Assembly: GCA_036172245.1 (NCBI GenBank)
Contig: JAYWIR010000020.1
Coordinates: 2,666,001 to 2,730,000, forward strand
From: Raillietiella orientalis
Lineage: Eukaryota
Reading direction: 5' to 3'
Length of the DNA: 64,000 bases
The translations under genes and the position numbers were made by a program. A model generated the notes under the pieces. It worked only from the letters and a program-made list of their open reading frames with translations, was not told the origin of the DNA and searched no databases. This document shows positions 13,540 through 26,109 of this stretch, piece after piece. Positions within the stretch are counted from its first letter, which is position 1. Each line of letters begins with the position of its first letter.

Positions 13540-14960
13540 AAAATACCATGTGGTTCCCAAGGAGAATAGAGGTCAAATTCAACATTTCGTTATGAAGCTT
13601 CCTGCCGGTGCTTTGTTCGGATCTCGTTCGAGATGATGCTCGTTCGAGCAGCTGACTGCTCTTGCAGCCTGCCGGACCCATGCGCATTCTTTTGAAAAGC
13701 GAAAGTGCTCAGGAGGGGATTGGAAGGGAAAACAGAAAAAAGGAAAAATATCATCCTTGCTTGCACCTGACGGTTAGATTGCGGCTGTGTTCCCACAAGC
13801 TAATCTTTGGAAATGGTTGCTCCTCCGCATGTCAGAGTTTCTTTAATTGAACCAGCACTGAGATGGGTATAAAATGGGTATAAAATCACTGATGGGTATT
13901 CAAATTAGTCACAAGGAAATTGGCACATCCATCTACGCTGAGACAAAAAAAAAAAAAAAAATCCTCAATCCAAAAGGCATTTTTTTTTTCTTTCCTTTTT
14001 TTTTTTTTTTCATTCGTATGCTCATTATCCAGGTTTAAAGAACAAGGAGTTCATCACCACAACAAAGTCATCCGCCTAAATGCTTCCCAATTACGAGAAG
14101 AGAGAAAAACTCAGTCTAGTAGTGGAAACAAAATAAAGCACTTCATGCTTATAAGATTCCTCCAGCTTATGTTGGCACGGAAGAGAGTTCTCAAGTCTTG
14201 ATTCCAACTCCTCAAGCAGGGAATCGTAGTTTCAGTGGGAAATGCGGGTGCAGAAGAGCAGAGTGGCACAGACAGGTCTTCTCGCAGCATCCTCGATCAA
14301 AAATGCAAACTCAAACATTCGCTTTTGAAATGAGCATTTAGCAAGTTCATCATTTTCTCCTTCCCCCATCTAGTCGCAGAAACCATGGCAACCGCGGAAT
14401 CAAAAAACTTCCCATGGGTGATGATTTTCATACCGATGAATTTTTGAATCCTCGTCTTCCTCGTTCCACTGTCCTCATATCCAAAAGTAGCGAGACATTC
14501 TGAGAGCGTTTCAATCCGATCATGGAGAACAGCATCCTTGCTTATCGGATGAAAGTGAAATCCAACTCCATAAATTCTGCAGTAGAAGAGGTGTTCTAAA
14601 ACAAAGCCAAAGAGCCAAAGTACTTCTAGTGAATGTAAAAAAATGAATTTTTTTTTTTTTCGAGGCCACAACTTTGAATTCTCTTTTTTTGAACAGCATC
14701 TCTCCCTTCCAGCAACAAACAGCCACAGAATCCATGGCAACATCGGGATCAAAAAGCTCCTTACGAGTGGGGATTCCCTTGCTAATGCATTCTTTTTTTG
14801 AGTCCTCTCTTCATCGTTCAACTGTCCGCTGATCGTTTGCGCATCTTTTCGGAGTCCTAGGAAACGATCCCATTGAACGCAGCGAAAGCACGATTTGTCG
14901 AAGTGCGAAAGAAAGACTTGCAAAAGCACCACCGTTAGGTCTCTCCTCGGGTGCGTGGAT
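13540..14960 (+). mobile_element. Decayed non-LTR ORF2 fragment (possible APE end to RT start)
   Basis: GGDW (GGDFN-like), PCLSDESEIQL..SAVEEVF (P.LS....L..PIT.EEV), LPSS, ARFVEVRK (GFV.GR). Interrupted by poly-A/T runs. Confidence 0.35.
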
Positions 14961-15549
14961 GCTACTACTACTACAGGAAATCTTCTTAGACAGCGTGCAT
15001 GCGCATTGCTGACTGTGAAACTTTTCGCTCCCTCGTTCAGACTCACTCTCGCATTCCGAGGAAGAAGCCAAACAGCATCTGGAGAATAGGTAGGTTGTGA
15101 CAAAAGAGGCCTTCGATGACCACCGTCACGAGCTCCTGTCACTATCCACTTCTGTCGGTTCTTGTGCTGGCACGAGATCCGTCATCCATGGAAGCCGTCC
15201 CGAGAGATCATCTTTTGTCATCTTTGTCATGGTTCCTAATCGAACGTCCGCCACCAGCGCTTCCTGAGTTTGCCTACCTCCTCCGCGTTTGCTGCTTCGA
15301 ACGCAGAACGTCGTGCCGTCTCTGCGGACCGACGGAGCAGCAAAACTATCGGAAATTTGTGCATCGTCTGTTCTCCAGCATTGCAATGAGAATCTTCCTT
15401 TGAATGCAAGTTCTCGTTCTCGGTCCTTGCCCACTCGGCCCGGGTTCACGGACACTGGTTCAGTAGTGGATGAGATTCCCAAGTTGAACCCCAACGGAAT
15501 TCTTTCTTTTTCTTGCTTTTTTTTTTTTTTTTTTATATCTCCGATGGGG

Positions 15550-16110
15550 AACCCGAAGGGAATCTCCTTCCTCATTCTCTCCGGAGGGACACCCCCCTAA
15601 TGGAGGTGGTCCTCTCCATTTCAACTTCTCCGAAGGGAACCAAGAAAGGATCCGCTAGTAGGAATTTCTTCTCCGGAGGGAACCCGCAAGGGAACCGCTC
15701 CTGTTCACTCCTCTGAAGAGAACCCCTAAGGGACGCTTCCGAAACTCCGAAGGGGCTCTGCAGCTTCCCGCAGGGAATCGCTCTCGCTTGCTTCCTTGCA
15801 CTCTGTGAAGAGGCGACGACTCGGAGGGACCTCCCAACAGGGGGGTCCGCTCCTTTGAACAACTGGAGAGGTGCCCGTGAGGGCTCCTGCTCGATCTTGA
15901 AACCGGAAGGGTCTCCCCGGTGAGGGGGATCCGCTCTCCGTTGCACGACAGGAGGAGGAACTCCCCACTCCTTTATTCCTGGGAGGACCCGAAGGTCGAC
16001 TCCCATTGTTCCGGTCTTCATCGGGAGGCCTCCGGCTTTATCCACCGCCGGGGCCACGCCCGAATGATTAGGCCAACCAGCGCCATTGCAGGAGAAACTA
16101 GGCCCTCCGA
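15550..16110 (-). repeat. Dispersed SINE-like repeat, tail type A (diverged)
   Basis: The minus strand reads ggcgctggttggcct... and gcgtcccttaggggttctcttcagaggag..caggagcggtt...ggagaagaaattcc, as in the copies at 40-480 and 18.1-18.5 kb. Confidence 0.7.
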
Positions 16111-16474
16111 CTGGGCAGAGAGGAAGCAGTGCAGGGTGGACGCTCTCATCGTTGGCTCTCTGGGAGTCTGAATCCAGACAACGAAGAGGTGCTCCAGGAT
16201 CTCGGTAATTCCCAAAGAGTACTCGGAGATGAGAAGCACCGGACGGTACTCCAAAGACATCTATGCAGTCCACGTCACACAAAGGACCGACAAACAGATG
16301 AAGCCGGAGAACCCCAGAGGTCAGCCCTCGCGAGACGGGGGACAAGTAGTCGAGGAAGCGGCAGGCTAAGGGACGACGAGCGCCCTAGGTGAGCAGAGGA
16401 GGAATCCCGGAGGAATGCCAAGAGCCTTTTCTGTAGTATATTGCAAAATTCATCGCCTTTTCTGTAGCGACGTC

Positions 16475-16540
16475 TCCGCGTCGATCCTTCCCCCTAACGG
16501 GATTCGAACTTGCGGCGCTCTGTGCTACCACACAGCCTTA
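16475..16540 (-). repeat. tRNA-like head fragment of the same repeat family
   Basis: The minus strand gtggtagcacagagcgccgcaaGTTCGAATCCCgttagggggaaggatcgacgc matches the heads at 21.5, 25.5 and 50.3 kb and carries a B-box. Confidence 0.65.
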
Positions 16541-18066
16541 CGATCTCACGATGACGAGCCGCGTGCATCCACCGCGCTGACATCTTCGGAGAGGGCAGAG
16601 GTACTGCCCCATAAGGAGCCATATCTGGTATGCATCCCCGACCGGAATCCTCCCGTTTTTTGCCGGTCTTGGGCGAGGGTCTCTGCTTGGCTGAGAACCG
16701 AAACCATTAGTTCCAGAGTGGATCCTGCAGAGCTCCACGGTCTCCCACGAAGAGCTGAAAGCGTTCAGTCGCCTCCGGTTGCCATGGAGCGCCCCTCTGA
16801 GAAAACCGTCTCTTCGTAGCCAAGTAACGACTTCCTCGTAATCGCCCGCGAATTTCCTGTTTTTTTTCTTTCTCTCTCTCCTCTGGAAGGAAAGAAAAGG
16901 TTTCTCGATTTTTTGTCACCCTTGGTCATTATGATTTATTGAGACCACGCGACTGATGTCTTTTTCCTCCCCGGCGTGTTCCCGCTCCCGTGACAGATCG
17001 CGAAGATTCGTCCAGAAAGCCATCAAGGCAGGACGGCATCTGAGACCGGCGAAGAGGAAAACCCAGACGCAAAGGTGGGGGGGAGTAGAATGTTCTCAAA
17101 GCTGAGGAGCCCCCGAAGGCTGGGATCAGCAGTTGGGACTCGGAATAAATGCTCAGCCCTAGGCCCCTCGAACTGCGACCCTTGTGCGCGCACCCCGCGG
17201 GAACCGATTTGCCTCTCAGTCGCTCATGATGACCCTCACCTGCATCTCATCTCGAGGTGGTGTTGCTGCGCCTCTAGGGCGTTTCCAACATGCTCGCTCG
17301 CTCTCCTTCCAGGTGGAGATGCCGCGGCGGTACCCATGGAGTGATCTCTCCTCGGCACAGAGGAGAGAGGACACTTTTCCCTTGGACGAAAGGAATCTGA
17401 GATTCCTTTCTTCCGAGAGCAGCCCTTCCTTTCCTCGCTTCCACCCTCCCTTCCGCTCTTCAATGATCTCCTACGATGGAGACGGATCCTTGAGATATGT
17501 TTGCTCTCCCCCTCCAAGCAACGCGGACCACCACTTCTCGTCGAATCACTTTTGTGCTGCCCACGACCGTCCGCGCGGTCCTCGGCATTCCTTCGCTTGC
17601 CCAGGGGATGCAGATCTCTCACTCCTTCCACTGCCCTTCAAAAGTCCTCTGGCCAGCTGAACAATGGCTCTTCCGTTCCCGAGTGTTTGTTGAGTGACTC
17701 CCGTCGCCTCTCAGGGCGCGTCCGGAAGCTTTTTTTTTCAAGGATCCCAGCTGCTTCGGAGACTCTGTCCGTGCCCTTCCCGAGTCCTGAGTTTCCCCTT
17801 CCGGTCACCGTTTTTTGGAAATGCGAGTCCGAAGGTTTTCTCCGAGCAATCCCTCTTGGATACGAGTTTGGAACCCCAAGGTCACGCTGTGGCACTCCCG
17901 ATCGTGCCTTCGGAAGGCGTGAGGCAGGCGAGAGGCTGTGGTGGACCGGCAGCAGTCCTCCTCGCGAGGGAGGAGTCAGGAATTTCAGGACGGATCTCGG
18001 GCGCACCAGAGGATCGGAAGCTCGTCTTCTCTAAAGGGGCAGCTCTGGAGCCCCGCGAGCAGAAAA

Positions 18067-18500
18067 CTGCGCCTCTTCGGGACGGCCCGGGCGGCCTTCC
18101 GAGATTCAAAGGATCGAAACTCCGAGAAACGGGAGGTGCTTCGTCGTGGGTTTCAAATCGCCCCTCCCGCAGGATATGGCGCTGGTTGACTTTACGGGTT
18201 CCGGGTGCGGTGGCACTGGTGGAAGTAGCCGGACGCCGTTAATCGACCGGGATTCATGAAAGTCTGGGGTCCTTTCAGGAATCGAGCAGCCGTCCCCTTC
18301 CACGGGGGGCGACCTCTCATCGCGTACCACGGAGCTGGCGACCTTCTCTCCAGAGTGTCGATAAGAGTGCACTGCTCCCTTCGGGAGCTACCCTTCAAGG
18401 AAATCGGGAAGTGTCTTTTCGGGGTTCCCTCCAGAGGAGGAAAACCAGGAGTCTCTTGAGAGTTTCCTCGGGAGAAGAAATTCCTTTCCGGGTTCCCTCC
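18067..18500 (+). repeat. Dispersed SINE-like repeat, tail type A
   Basis: aggatcgaaactccg..gtcgtgggtttcaa..cccgcaggat..gctggtt is shared with the 21.5 kb copy. The tail is shared with 200-365. Confidence 0.8.
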
Positions 18501-19212
18501 TGAAATGAAATGAGGAAGAGGTCATTTCCCCCCAAGCGCAAGAAGAAAAGACCCCTTCCTCCGGAACCTTCCCGGATTCATAGGCAGGACCAAATGGATC
18601 TCCTCCCGAGTTACCCCTTACAAATTAGAGGACAGTCGTGCGGGTTCGGGAAGACGAGGCGACGCGTGCGAAGGAGGGAAGACGTGTCTTGTCTTCGGGA
18701 AGCCGTAGAAGGCAGCCTCTCCCTCCCTCCATCCCCAAGCCTCCCACATCCGGAGCCATCTTCGACGAGGGATGAGTCCAGTTCCGTCCGAGATGGCTGG
18801 AAGGACCGACTTCTAGCAAGAAGGTGAAGAGGAGTGACCTACCAACCGCAGCCGCCGACTTCGCTTTTCTCACTAACGACTGCGAGATGCAACTCCCCCC
18901 CCCCCCCCATCGGCATCTCGCGTCTCTCCACCCTCCTCCACCTCTCCCTTTCCTTCCCCTGTCTGCGGGAAGGACACTGGCGTGACTGGACGCTGGCCCA
19001 CAGGCCGACTTCCGTGGGAGAGAGGCGCGCTGCGTAGCAACGCCACGAGCCAACGCCCGCGACGCTCTGAGAGCCTTGAAGGACCTCCTTGGCGACCATC
19101 CTTGACGTTCTGTCGCTCCCTTCCTTCACGGATTTCCCGAGGGAAGAGAAGACCGAGTTCCTAAGTAGAAGGGAATGGTCCCCTTCCCTTTTCCCCTTCT
19201 CCCTGGTCGGTG

Positions 19213-19435
19213 CTGCAAAAACGTGCGCGGGTTTGCGCCGCAGCATCATGTGTGCACGATCCGCCGCACGCACCCACGTGCGGCGCGGGCATCTCCATGG
19301 AGACACTTCGAGTGTCGCGTCAGCCCCCCCTCCCTCCCGAAGGACCCCTTTTCATGGCACTGCTCCAGCTAGGGAGGGGAAATCAGGAGTTTCCACCTCT
19401 ACCCTTCCGCCCTCAAATGTATTTCCCTGCGCACC
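19213..19435 (+). repeat. Diverged direct repeat of about 220 bp, copy 1
   Basis: atgtgtgca.gatc.gccgc.cgcacccacg...catctccatggaga.ac...catggcactgctcc...aaatcaggag...acccttccgc recurs at 20290-20495. Confidence 0.85.
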
Positions 19436-20289
19436 GAAGGATGTCAGAGATGAGGAAGGGGGGTCGGGGGATGCCTTCTGGAATACGTCAGACAACGGAA
19501 CAGTCCCGAGACACTTGTGACTCCTCCCTCGAGGCCGCTTTGGAACGCAGTGAGCTCGACGGAAGCTTCAGGTACCCGAGCTGCGTTTCTGAGGAATCTC
19601 CGATGGCTGGTGCCGATCCCTTTCTCACGCTGGTCCTCCAGAATGGTCCCGAAAGTGCTGGAAATGGCGGAACCAACTCCGAAGGCGAAGATAGAATCCC
19701 TTCCCCCCTTCTCCCCTTAGGGTGTGGAAGTGGGGTGGTAAGGGCCAACTGCGATTTCCCCCGACTCTCCAGGCGTCAGGACAGGTCGCCTCGTCCCTAG
19801 GAGGAACTTCGGCAATTCTTGGAAAGACCTGAGGGGTGTGCTCCGGGATATCCAATCCTCTGGAGGGCGCCACTGGGTCGAAACCGTAGTCGGCGTAGGG
19901 CCACCCTTGGGGTGTTGGCTGCTCCGTCAGAGGGCGCGCGCGTCCACGGACACGGGAGCTCCCCCCTGCTATCGGCACCCAGGCTAGCGGGGGTGGCCGA
20001 GACTGCACGGAGGACATCGCAACGCTCTGCAGATCGCCCTCGTGACTTCCGGCTGCAGGCCACGGAATGCTGCTCTCTGTCTCCTCCGCGTGCGTGCGCA
20101 GGGCGAACCGGTAGGTCACGACCGCGAGAGCCCGGACTGCTGCAGAGTATGCGCTCACGCGCTCCCACGGAGCTCCTCGAAGGAAGAAATCGGACGCCCC
20201 CGTCTTTCGGAAGACACCGCAGTCTTCGCCGTGGGAATTGTGGCGACAAGTCGGCTGTCCTCCCGCGCATCTCGGCTTTCTGGTTTGCA

Positions 20290-20495
20290 CTGCAAAAAAA
20301 AAAAAATTGCGCACAAGTCTGCACTGCAGTGTTATGTGTGCAAGATCTGCCGCGCGCACCCACGAGCAGCACGAGCATCTCCATGGAGATACGTCAAGTG
20401 TCGCATCAACCCCCCTCCCTCTAGATGGACCCATTCTCATGGCACTGCTCCTCTCAGGAAGGGCAAATCAGGAGGTCCACCCGACCCTTCCGCAC
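20290..20495 (+). repeat. Diverged direct repeat of about 220 bp, copy 2
   Basis: Matches 19213-19435 at an offset of about 1.08 kb. Confidence 0.85.
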
Positions 20496-21460
20496 GGATG
20501 CATCAGGACAAGCATCCTTGGTTCCTTTGATGGTCGTCAGATGGAACCAAGGACGGGGCTTCCACTGACGCGTGAGGACGGAAGAAACCGTGCCTGGAAT
20601 GACAAAACGAAGATCCTTGAGGGTTTTCGCCGCGAGAGACAGCACTATGACGTGTCACTATCGCCCCTGAAACTACGGTAGCGCCTCTGCCGACAAGAGC
20701 TCGGGATCGAGATCCTCGCAGCGTCCTGGACCTCCCGAGGGGGCTAGCCGAACGACCGTTCCCTTGGGTTTCTCGGGCCTGCCCGAATCTCTCGCTTTTC
20801 TCGTGCTCCCCCCACCCGCGGTCGATCTGCCGCTGCTGCAGCACCGGTTCGCCGGGAGTTGGCAGACCCAGCGAAAGCGAACTGAAGATCCGGAGCCAGA
20901 AAAAAGAGGCCCCCAGCTGCCTCGCTCCCGTGGGCTGCATCACCCCCGACGCGTGCGGGTTCTTCCGGCCTGGATCGCGCTGAGACGCTGATTTGAAAAC
21001 AAACAAATTGCGAGTCATACGAAGTCCGCTGGGGATGACCACCAGCTCGCGGACCGGCTTCTAAGGGAGTCGAGAGCAGGAGGGAGGGGACAATAAATAA
21101 AGTGAAAAAAACAGAAGGAGGGAAAGGGAGGAAGGTAACGACGAGGGGTCGTTGGTTTCAGCTGCTCGTTTCTTCCTAGAGATGGCTCTGAGCGCTGCTG
21201 ATCTCCCTGGAGACTTCTTCGTCTTGCAGGCGAGGCGCCTCGCAGCCGCCCTCACCGAGGCTGCTGGACCATTCGAGAGGGTACCCTTTGCTGCGGACAA
21301 GGGCTCCATCACGCAGAGCGGGCTGCAACACGAGATGCAGCATCCCGTCGCGATCATGACCGTCCTGCGTGAAGGACCTCCGCGGTAGGTCCAGTGCGGT
21401 GTCCTTCCGGAGGCCGAGGCGGGTCGCCGCCACATGTCCTCCAGGGCACTGCAGACTCTA

Positions 21461-21840
21461 TGTGCCTTCGGTCTCCGCGCGTGGTGGCACCGAGCGTCAT
21501 GGGTTCAAATTTCGTCCGGGGAAGGATCGAAACTCCGCAAAACGGGACGTGCGTCGTCGTGGGTTTCAAGTTCCCTCCCGCAGGATGACGCTGGTTGGCC
21601 TTATGGGGATTCCGGGTGCAGTGGCAATGGTGGAAGCAGCTAGATGCCCCCATTGACCGGCTGGAATCTCTGGAAGTCCAGGGTCCTTCTAGGAATCGAG
21701 GAACCTTCCCCCTCCTCGAAGGGCATCGCATACCATGGAGCTGGTGACCTTCCAGCATTGGGGAAGAGTGCGCCACTCCCTTCGGGAGCGACCCTTCAGG
21801 GAAAGTCGGGAAGCATCTTTTCGGGTTTACCCTCTCAAGC
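21461..21840 (+). repeat. Dispersed SINE-like repeat with head, tail type A
   Basis: Head cggtctccgcgcgtggtggcaccgagcgtcatGGGTTCAAATttcgtccggggaaggatcg, followed by the shared core and the catcgcataccatggagctggtgacct tail. Confidence 0.8.
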
Positions 21841-23391
21841 GCAGGAGGAAGGAAATCATTCCTTCGCAGCCTTTCCGGACTTATCCCGGGTCAACTTGGA
21901 GAGTGCGGGAACGATTCCATGGTCCCACACTTGGAACGGTCCAGGGATGCGCCTCCCCTGGAAACCAGATTCCTTCGCCGATGGCACTGGAATCCCGGTA
22001 CAATCAGCGCAGTTATCCGGTTCCCATCCCGTTTCCACCTTAACGCGAACGCTGAAGTGTTACTGCTCAGAGTAGGGACCACGGATTCTTCCAGGGTCAC
22101 GCCGAGCAGGTCGCTCCGCCGAGGAAGTCCCTTCGCCCGGAAACGAGCAGCGTCGTCGTTCTGTCTTGCACCCACAGAGGAGTCTTTCGACTCCAGCAGT
22201 GTTGCAGGGCAACTCTCATCTGGCCGGTTGGCTGCTGTCGTTTTCCTTCCTGAGGGCAGGAGGTGCTGCTGCAAGGGCTGTGAAGGCTATCCGGGACCAT
22301 TGCGTTCCATTCCTGCGGTATATCTTTAAGCGGCTCGCAGAGCGGCTTCCGCAGCGGACGAAGTTCTGGGCTCACCCCCAGAGCGGTGACCCGGTGCCTC
22401 CTTCCTCCGCCAGACGTTCCAGTTTGGGATGGGGATGAAGGGGAGGAGGCGACAGGAGATCGATGTGTATGGGGGGGCTTTGCTACGTCCCTACCACTTC
22501 AGTCCAGAGGAGTGCGCGTGCTTGAGCATTTGCAGCGCTTCCTGGTGCGGCGGCGACCATCACAGCCTCTCCCCCACCTCTGCAGCTTGGTGTAGGCGCG
22601 AGGCGCAGCCGGAAGAACACGGTGAACTCCACGGGAGCCGCGAGAACTTCTTTTTGGCGAGGGCGACGAGGTGACTCTCCTGGCGGCTTCCCGCCATCAT
22701 CCTGCATAAGAACCCAGGGTGGCTCTCCCTTCAAATAAGCGTTTATCCATCTCTTGACTTGATACCCCTTCTCTTCCTTCCCCGAGGTGGGGCTCAGGGG
22801 AAGGTCATCTAGCTTCTCTCCAGCCCATCCAGAAATCTTTTCGACTCCTCTCAAACAGCAAACTTTCTTTTTTTTTCTCATTGTTGAAAGTTTCGGTGGT
22901 CATCCAGGGTGTCGGTGCAAAGAAGAGAACCGACTTCTGCAGGAAAAGAAAAGGAAGGGGTAGGGGGGAAGTAGCGTGGACTGGAGATTCCCGAATTTTT
23001 CCGTTACGTCCCCCAAGCCGGAAGAATCCGACATGGGGGCGAAACCCAACACACGCGTTGCTGCTGCACCCCTCGATGCAGGCAGCCACTCGACTGGGGA
23101 AGGAAGAACCCGAGATAGATGGGAGATGGGCAGCTTCATAGGAAAGTTGACCCAAAGCACTAGTACGGCCGGAGGAAGTCCAGAGGAAGCTGGAAGCTCG
23201 CTGTCCGGGACGTCCGCTTGCACGAATCCCGCAAGCGGACGTCGGCAAACGCCCAGCAGTGATGCTCTCCCTGCTGGGCAATTTTGATGAGGAGAGCGTC
23301 CTGAGCAGAGCCCCGATCGTGGAGCGAGACTGGATCGTGGGAGGGAGCAGTGGGTGGGGAAAGAGACGCGTCGAATCTCCGGGACCGCGGC

Positions 23392-23640
23392 CTGCTTCCC
23401 GAGGAGTTCCCGTGAGACCGGGGCAGTGCCGACACTGGGATACTTTGCTAGCCTCCTCCGTCACCACAGAAACGGCCCCTCGGGGCTGCCCCTCCCACAC
23501 TGCAGCCGTGCAGGCAAGGTGGAACACGGCCTTGAAGTCATAGAGGCCATTTCTGACTACCCTTACGGACGAAAACACAGCTGGTTTCCAGCTGTCCATG
23601 GAGACGGAAGGCCCGGATTCCTCCATGTCCCACACCGCAC
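23392..23640 (+). repeat. Local duplication, copy 1
   Basis: ctgcttcccgaggagttcccgtgagaccg...cacactgcagccgtgcaggca recurs almost identically 531 bp downstream. Confidence 0.9.
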
Positions 23641-23922
23641 GCGACACGAATATCATCTCTCTACTGCTGAAGCGCGGTGATCAGCAGGGGGTCAACTCTT
23701 GTGGACACGGTGAAACACCCATGCACCCAGTCCAGTAAGAGCACCTCTTGTTATCATAGGAAGAAGGGGGGAGCGTGGAACCGTCTACTCTCTGCTGGGA
23801 AACCACCAATTCCGCTCGAGGACTCCTCGCGTGCCCGGTTGCCGATGGTTTCCGTGCCCTCCCGGCAGCTGGCGGGAGGGGAGAACGGCAGACTACCATG
23901 CATCTCTGAATCGACCCGAAGT

Positions 23923-24160
23923 CTGCTTCCCGAGGAGTTCCCGTGAGACCGAGGCAGTGCCGACACTGGGACACTCTGCTAGCCTCCTCCGTCACCACAG
24001 AAACGGCCCCTCGGGGCTTCCCCTCCCACACTGCAGCCGTGCAGGCACGATGAAGCACGGCCTTGCTATCACAGAGGCAACTTCTATCTGCTCTGACAGA
24101 CAAAAGTGCAACTGGTCTCCAGGGGGCGCCAAGTCCCAAATGAGTGACTTCCCACACACC
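23923..24160 (+). repeat. Local duplication, copy 2
   Basis: Matches the sequence from 23392. The first ~125 bp are near-identical and the rest is diverged. Confidence 0.9.
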
Positions 24161-25005
24161 CACGTCCGAAAAGGGAGCGTACGAGGCGGGTTGCCGGAAG
24201 ACACGGTTTGAAGAGATACTGACAGGAGTGAAATGGTCCAAGAAAAAGACATCCGGAAGAATCGGGATTCGTCGAAATAATGGAATCCTGGTGCGTCTTC
24301 GCTGCCTTCCGCGTCACTGCAGATTCTTCCGCTCTTTCGGTTTTCCCCTTCCTCTCGCCTTTGCCAAGTGCCCAAGAGGCGTTCCTGCAGCCCCTCAAGG
24401 CCGTCAGGCCACGTGGGAGCTGTCACGCTCACCGCGAGGCGCGTGCGTAGCCCGGGAAGACGGTCCCGGAAGGGTCCGCTGCCAATTCCCAGCTAGCCCT
24501 CGGGGCATTCATCGGCCGCGGACGCTAGCGCGTCCTACCAGCACACACCCGAAGCTTCACCGTCACCACGCGGGCACTCGAAACCCCACAAGACAGGCAG
24601 CCCGTCGTCCACGCTTCATCCGGGCACTCCGGGGCGTTTGTAAAAAAAAAAAAAAAGTCATATAAAATATTTTAAAAAGAAATGTCTTTCTTCGCAGTGG
24701 CTTCACATGACCACTGAGGAGGGAGATGCCGCCTCGATGCCGTGAGCAGCTCCTGCGGTGAAATCCGCACAACAGGGTGGAGGAAGGGGTGAACAAAAAC
24801 GGAAAAAAAACACAAAAGTTCAGTTTAAAAGAATGCGTTGGGAATGGAAGGGAGGGATCACGGATTTCTTCCTGGCACCTCAGCACCCTCTGGAGGATGT
24901 TGGCAACTTCTTCCTCCACTTTTGTTGACAGAGATGTAACCATCTTGCCGCCTCCCTGACGAAGGAGCAGGAGGTTGCGATGAAGTCACCATTCGACCGG
25001 CCTCT

Positions 25006-25310
25006 TTAGGCACTGCTCCTAGCCGTCACGATGCTACGAAGACAGCATGGGGCTGCGAGGGAGGAAGCTGAGGTGGCGTCGCGTCGCGCGCGAAGAAGCG
25101 CTGCAAGACCCCTCTGCCGTTGTCCACCGGCAGTGGGGAGGGCCGCAGTGAAGCGTTCCCGGAAGCTCAGGAGAGCAGCACGATCCAACAGCAGGTGCGG
25201 GAAGGATTCCCGTTCCCCGCATCCAGCACAGTGTGGGGCCACAGTTCCCCTCGTCCACTGGTGGACTCGCTCATGGCACGGCATCGCCCACTGCGATAAC
25301 TGCAATGTCG
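25006..25310 (-). mobile_element. Non-LTR ORF2 C-terminal zinc-binding (zf-RVT-like) remnant
   Basis: WAMPCHERVHQWTRGTVAPHCAGCGERESFPHLLLD matches the LP...RL......C..C...E...HL...C pattern of L1/Tx1 ORF2 ends. Confidence 0.65.
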
Positions 25311-25462
25311 TCGAAGTTTTACGTGCACTCGGAGGCCGTGGTGCTCGGGTTGTGAGGGGTCATGCGAAGAAAAGATGACGCAGCTCTCTTCCCTCTCCCT
25401 CTCCAAACACCCATCGCAAGCAGGCCATCCGCGCATTCCGAAGAAACTCCAGAACCCTTATT

Positions 25463-25927
25463 GGAGGCCACGTGGCTGCGGTCTCCACGCGTAACGGCGC
25501 CAAGGCGTCGCGGATTCGAATCCCAACCGGGAAAGGATCGACGCCGAGGAATGAGGGTGCGTCGTGCGTTCGAGTTCCCCCCGCATGATGGTGCTGATTG
25601 GCCTGCAGGCTTCAGGTGTCGTGATGCTGGAAGCCAGAAAAAACCCGGATGCTCCGATGAGTGGCCGGGATTGGAAGTTGACTTTCCAGGGTCCTTCCAG
25701 GAATCAAGGATCCCTTCGGGGTTCCCTCCCAGGCGCGAGAGGAACGAACTCCTCCCTCCGGAGCTTCAAGTTATAGGGTGTCCCTCCCGGGGTACCCCCC
25801 TATCCCGAAGAATTACACGCGCCCTCGGGTGGGGCAGCGTCAAAGAGCTGCATGCGCCGCCGCCAGGGGTGCGATGGTTCTTGAAGCACCTGGAGAACCA
25901 CAAAAAAGCCCGAAAAAGAAAAAAAAG
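25463..25927 (+). mobile_element. SINE-like element, tail type B, apparently full length
   Basis: TGGCTGCGG (A-box-like) lies about 40 nt before GGATTCGAATCCC (B-box, 25512-25524), and the element ends in an A-rich run. It aligns along its whole length with 49866-50316 in inverted orientation. Confidence 0.7.
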
Positions 25928-26109
25928 AAGCTGGAAGGGAAGCCGGACAACAGAAGCGCGGGTAAGACTGGATGGTGCGCAGTGCTCGAGAGAGGAGCAA
26001 AAAAGGACAAAGAAGAAACTGCGCGTCTAGGAGTTCCATCAAGGAAAAAAGTTTAACGGGGAACGCGGAGGTCAGTTTCCCTTCTGAATTGCGCTATGCC
26101 CATACCCTC

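Noticed and set aside
13855..13900. Three copies of atgggtat
   Set aside because: Tiny local slippage duplication with no evidence of function.
25463..25530. Bona fide tRNA gene at the B-box motifs (also 16499, 21501, 50256, 7109)
   Set aside because: I could not fold a cloverleaf or find a T-run terminator. Most of these sit in the interspersed repeat head.
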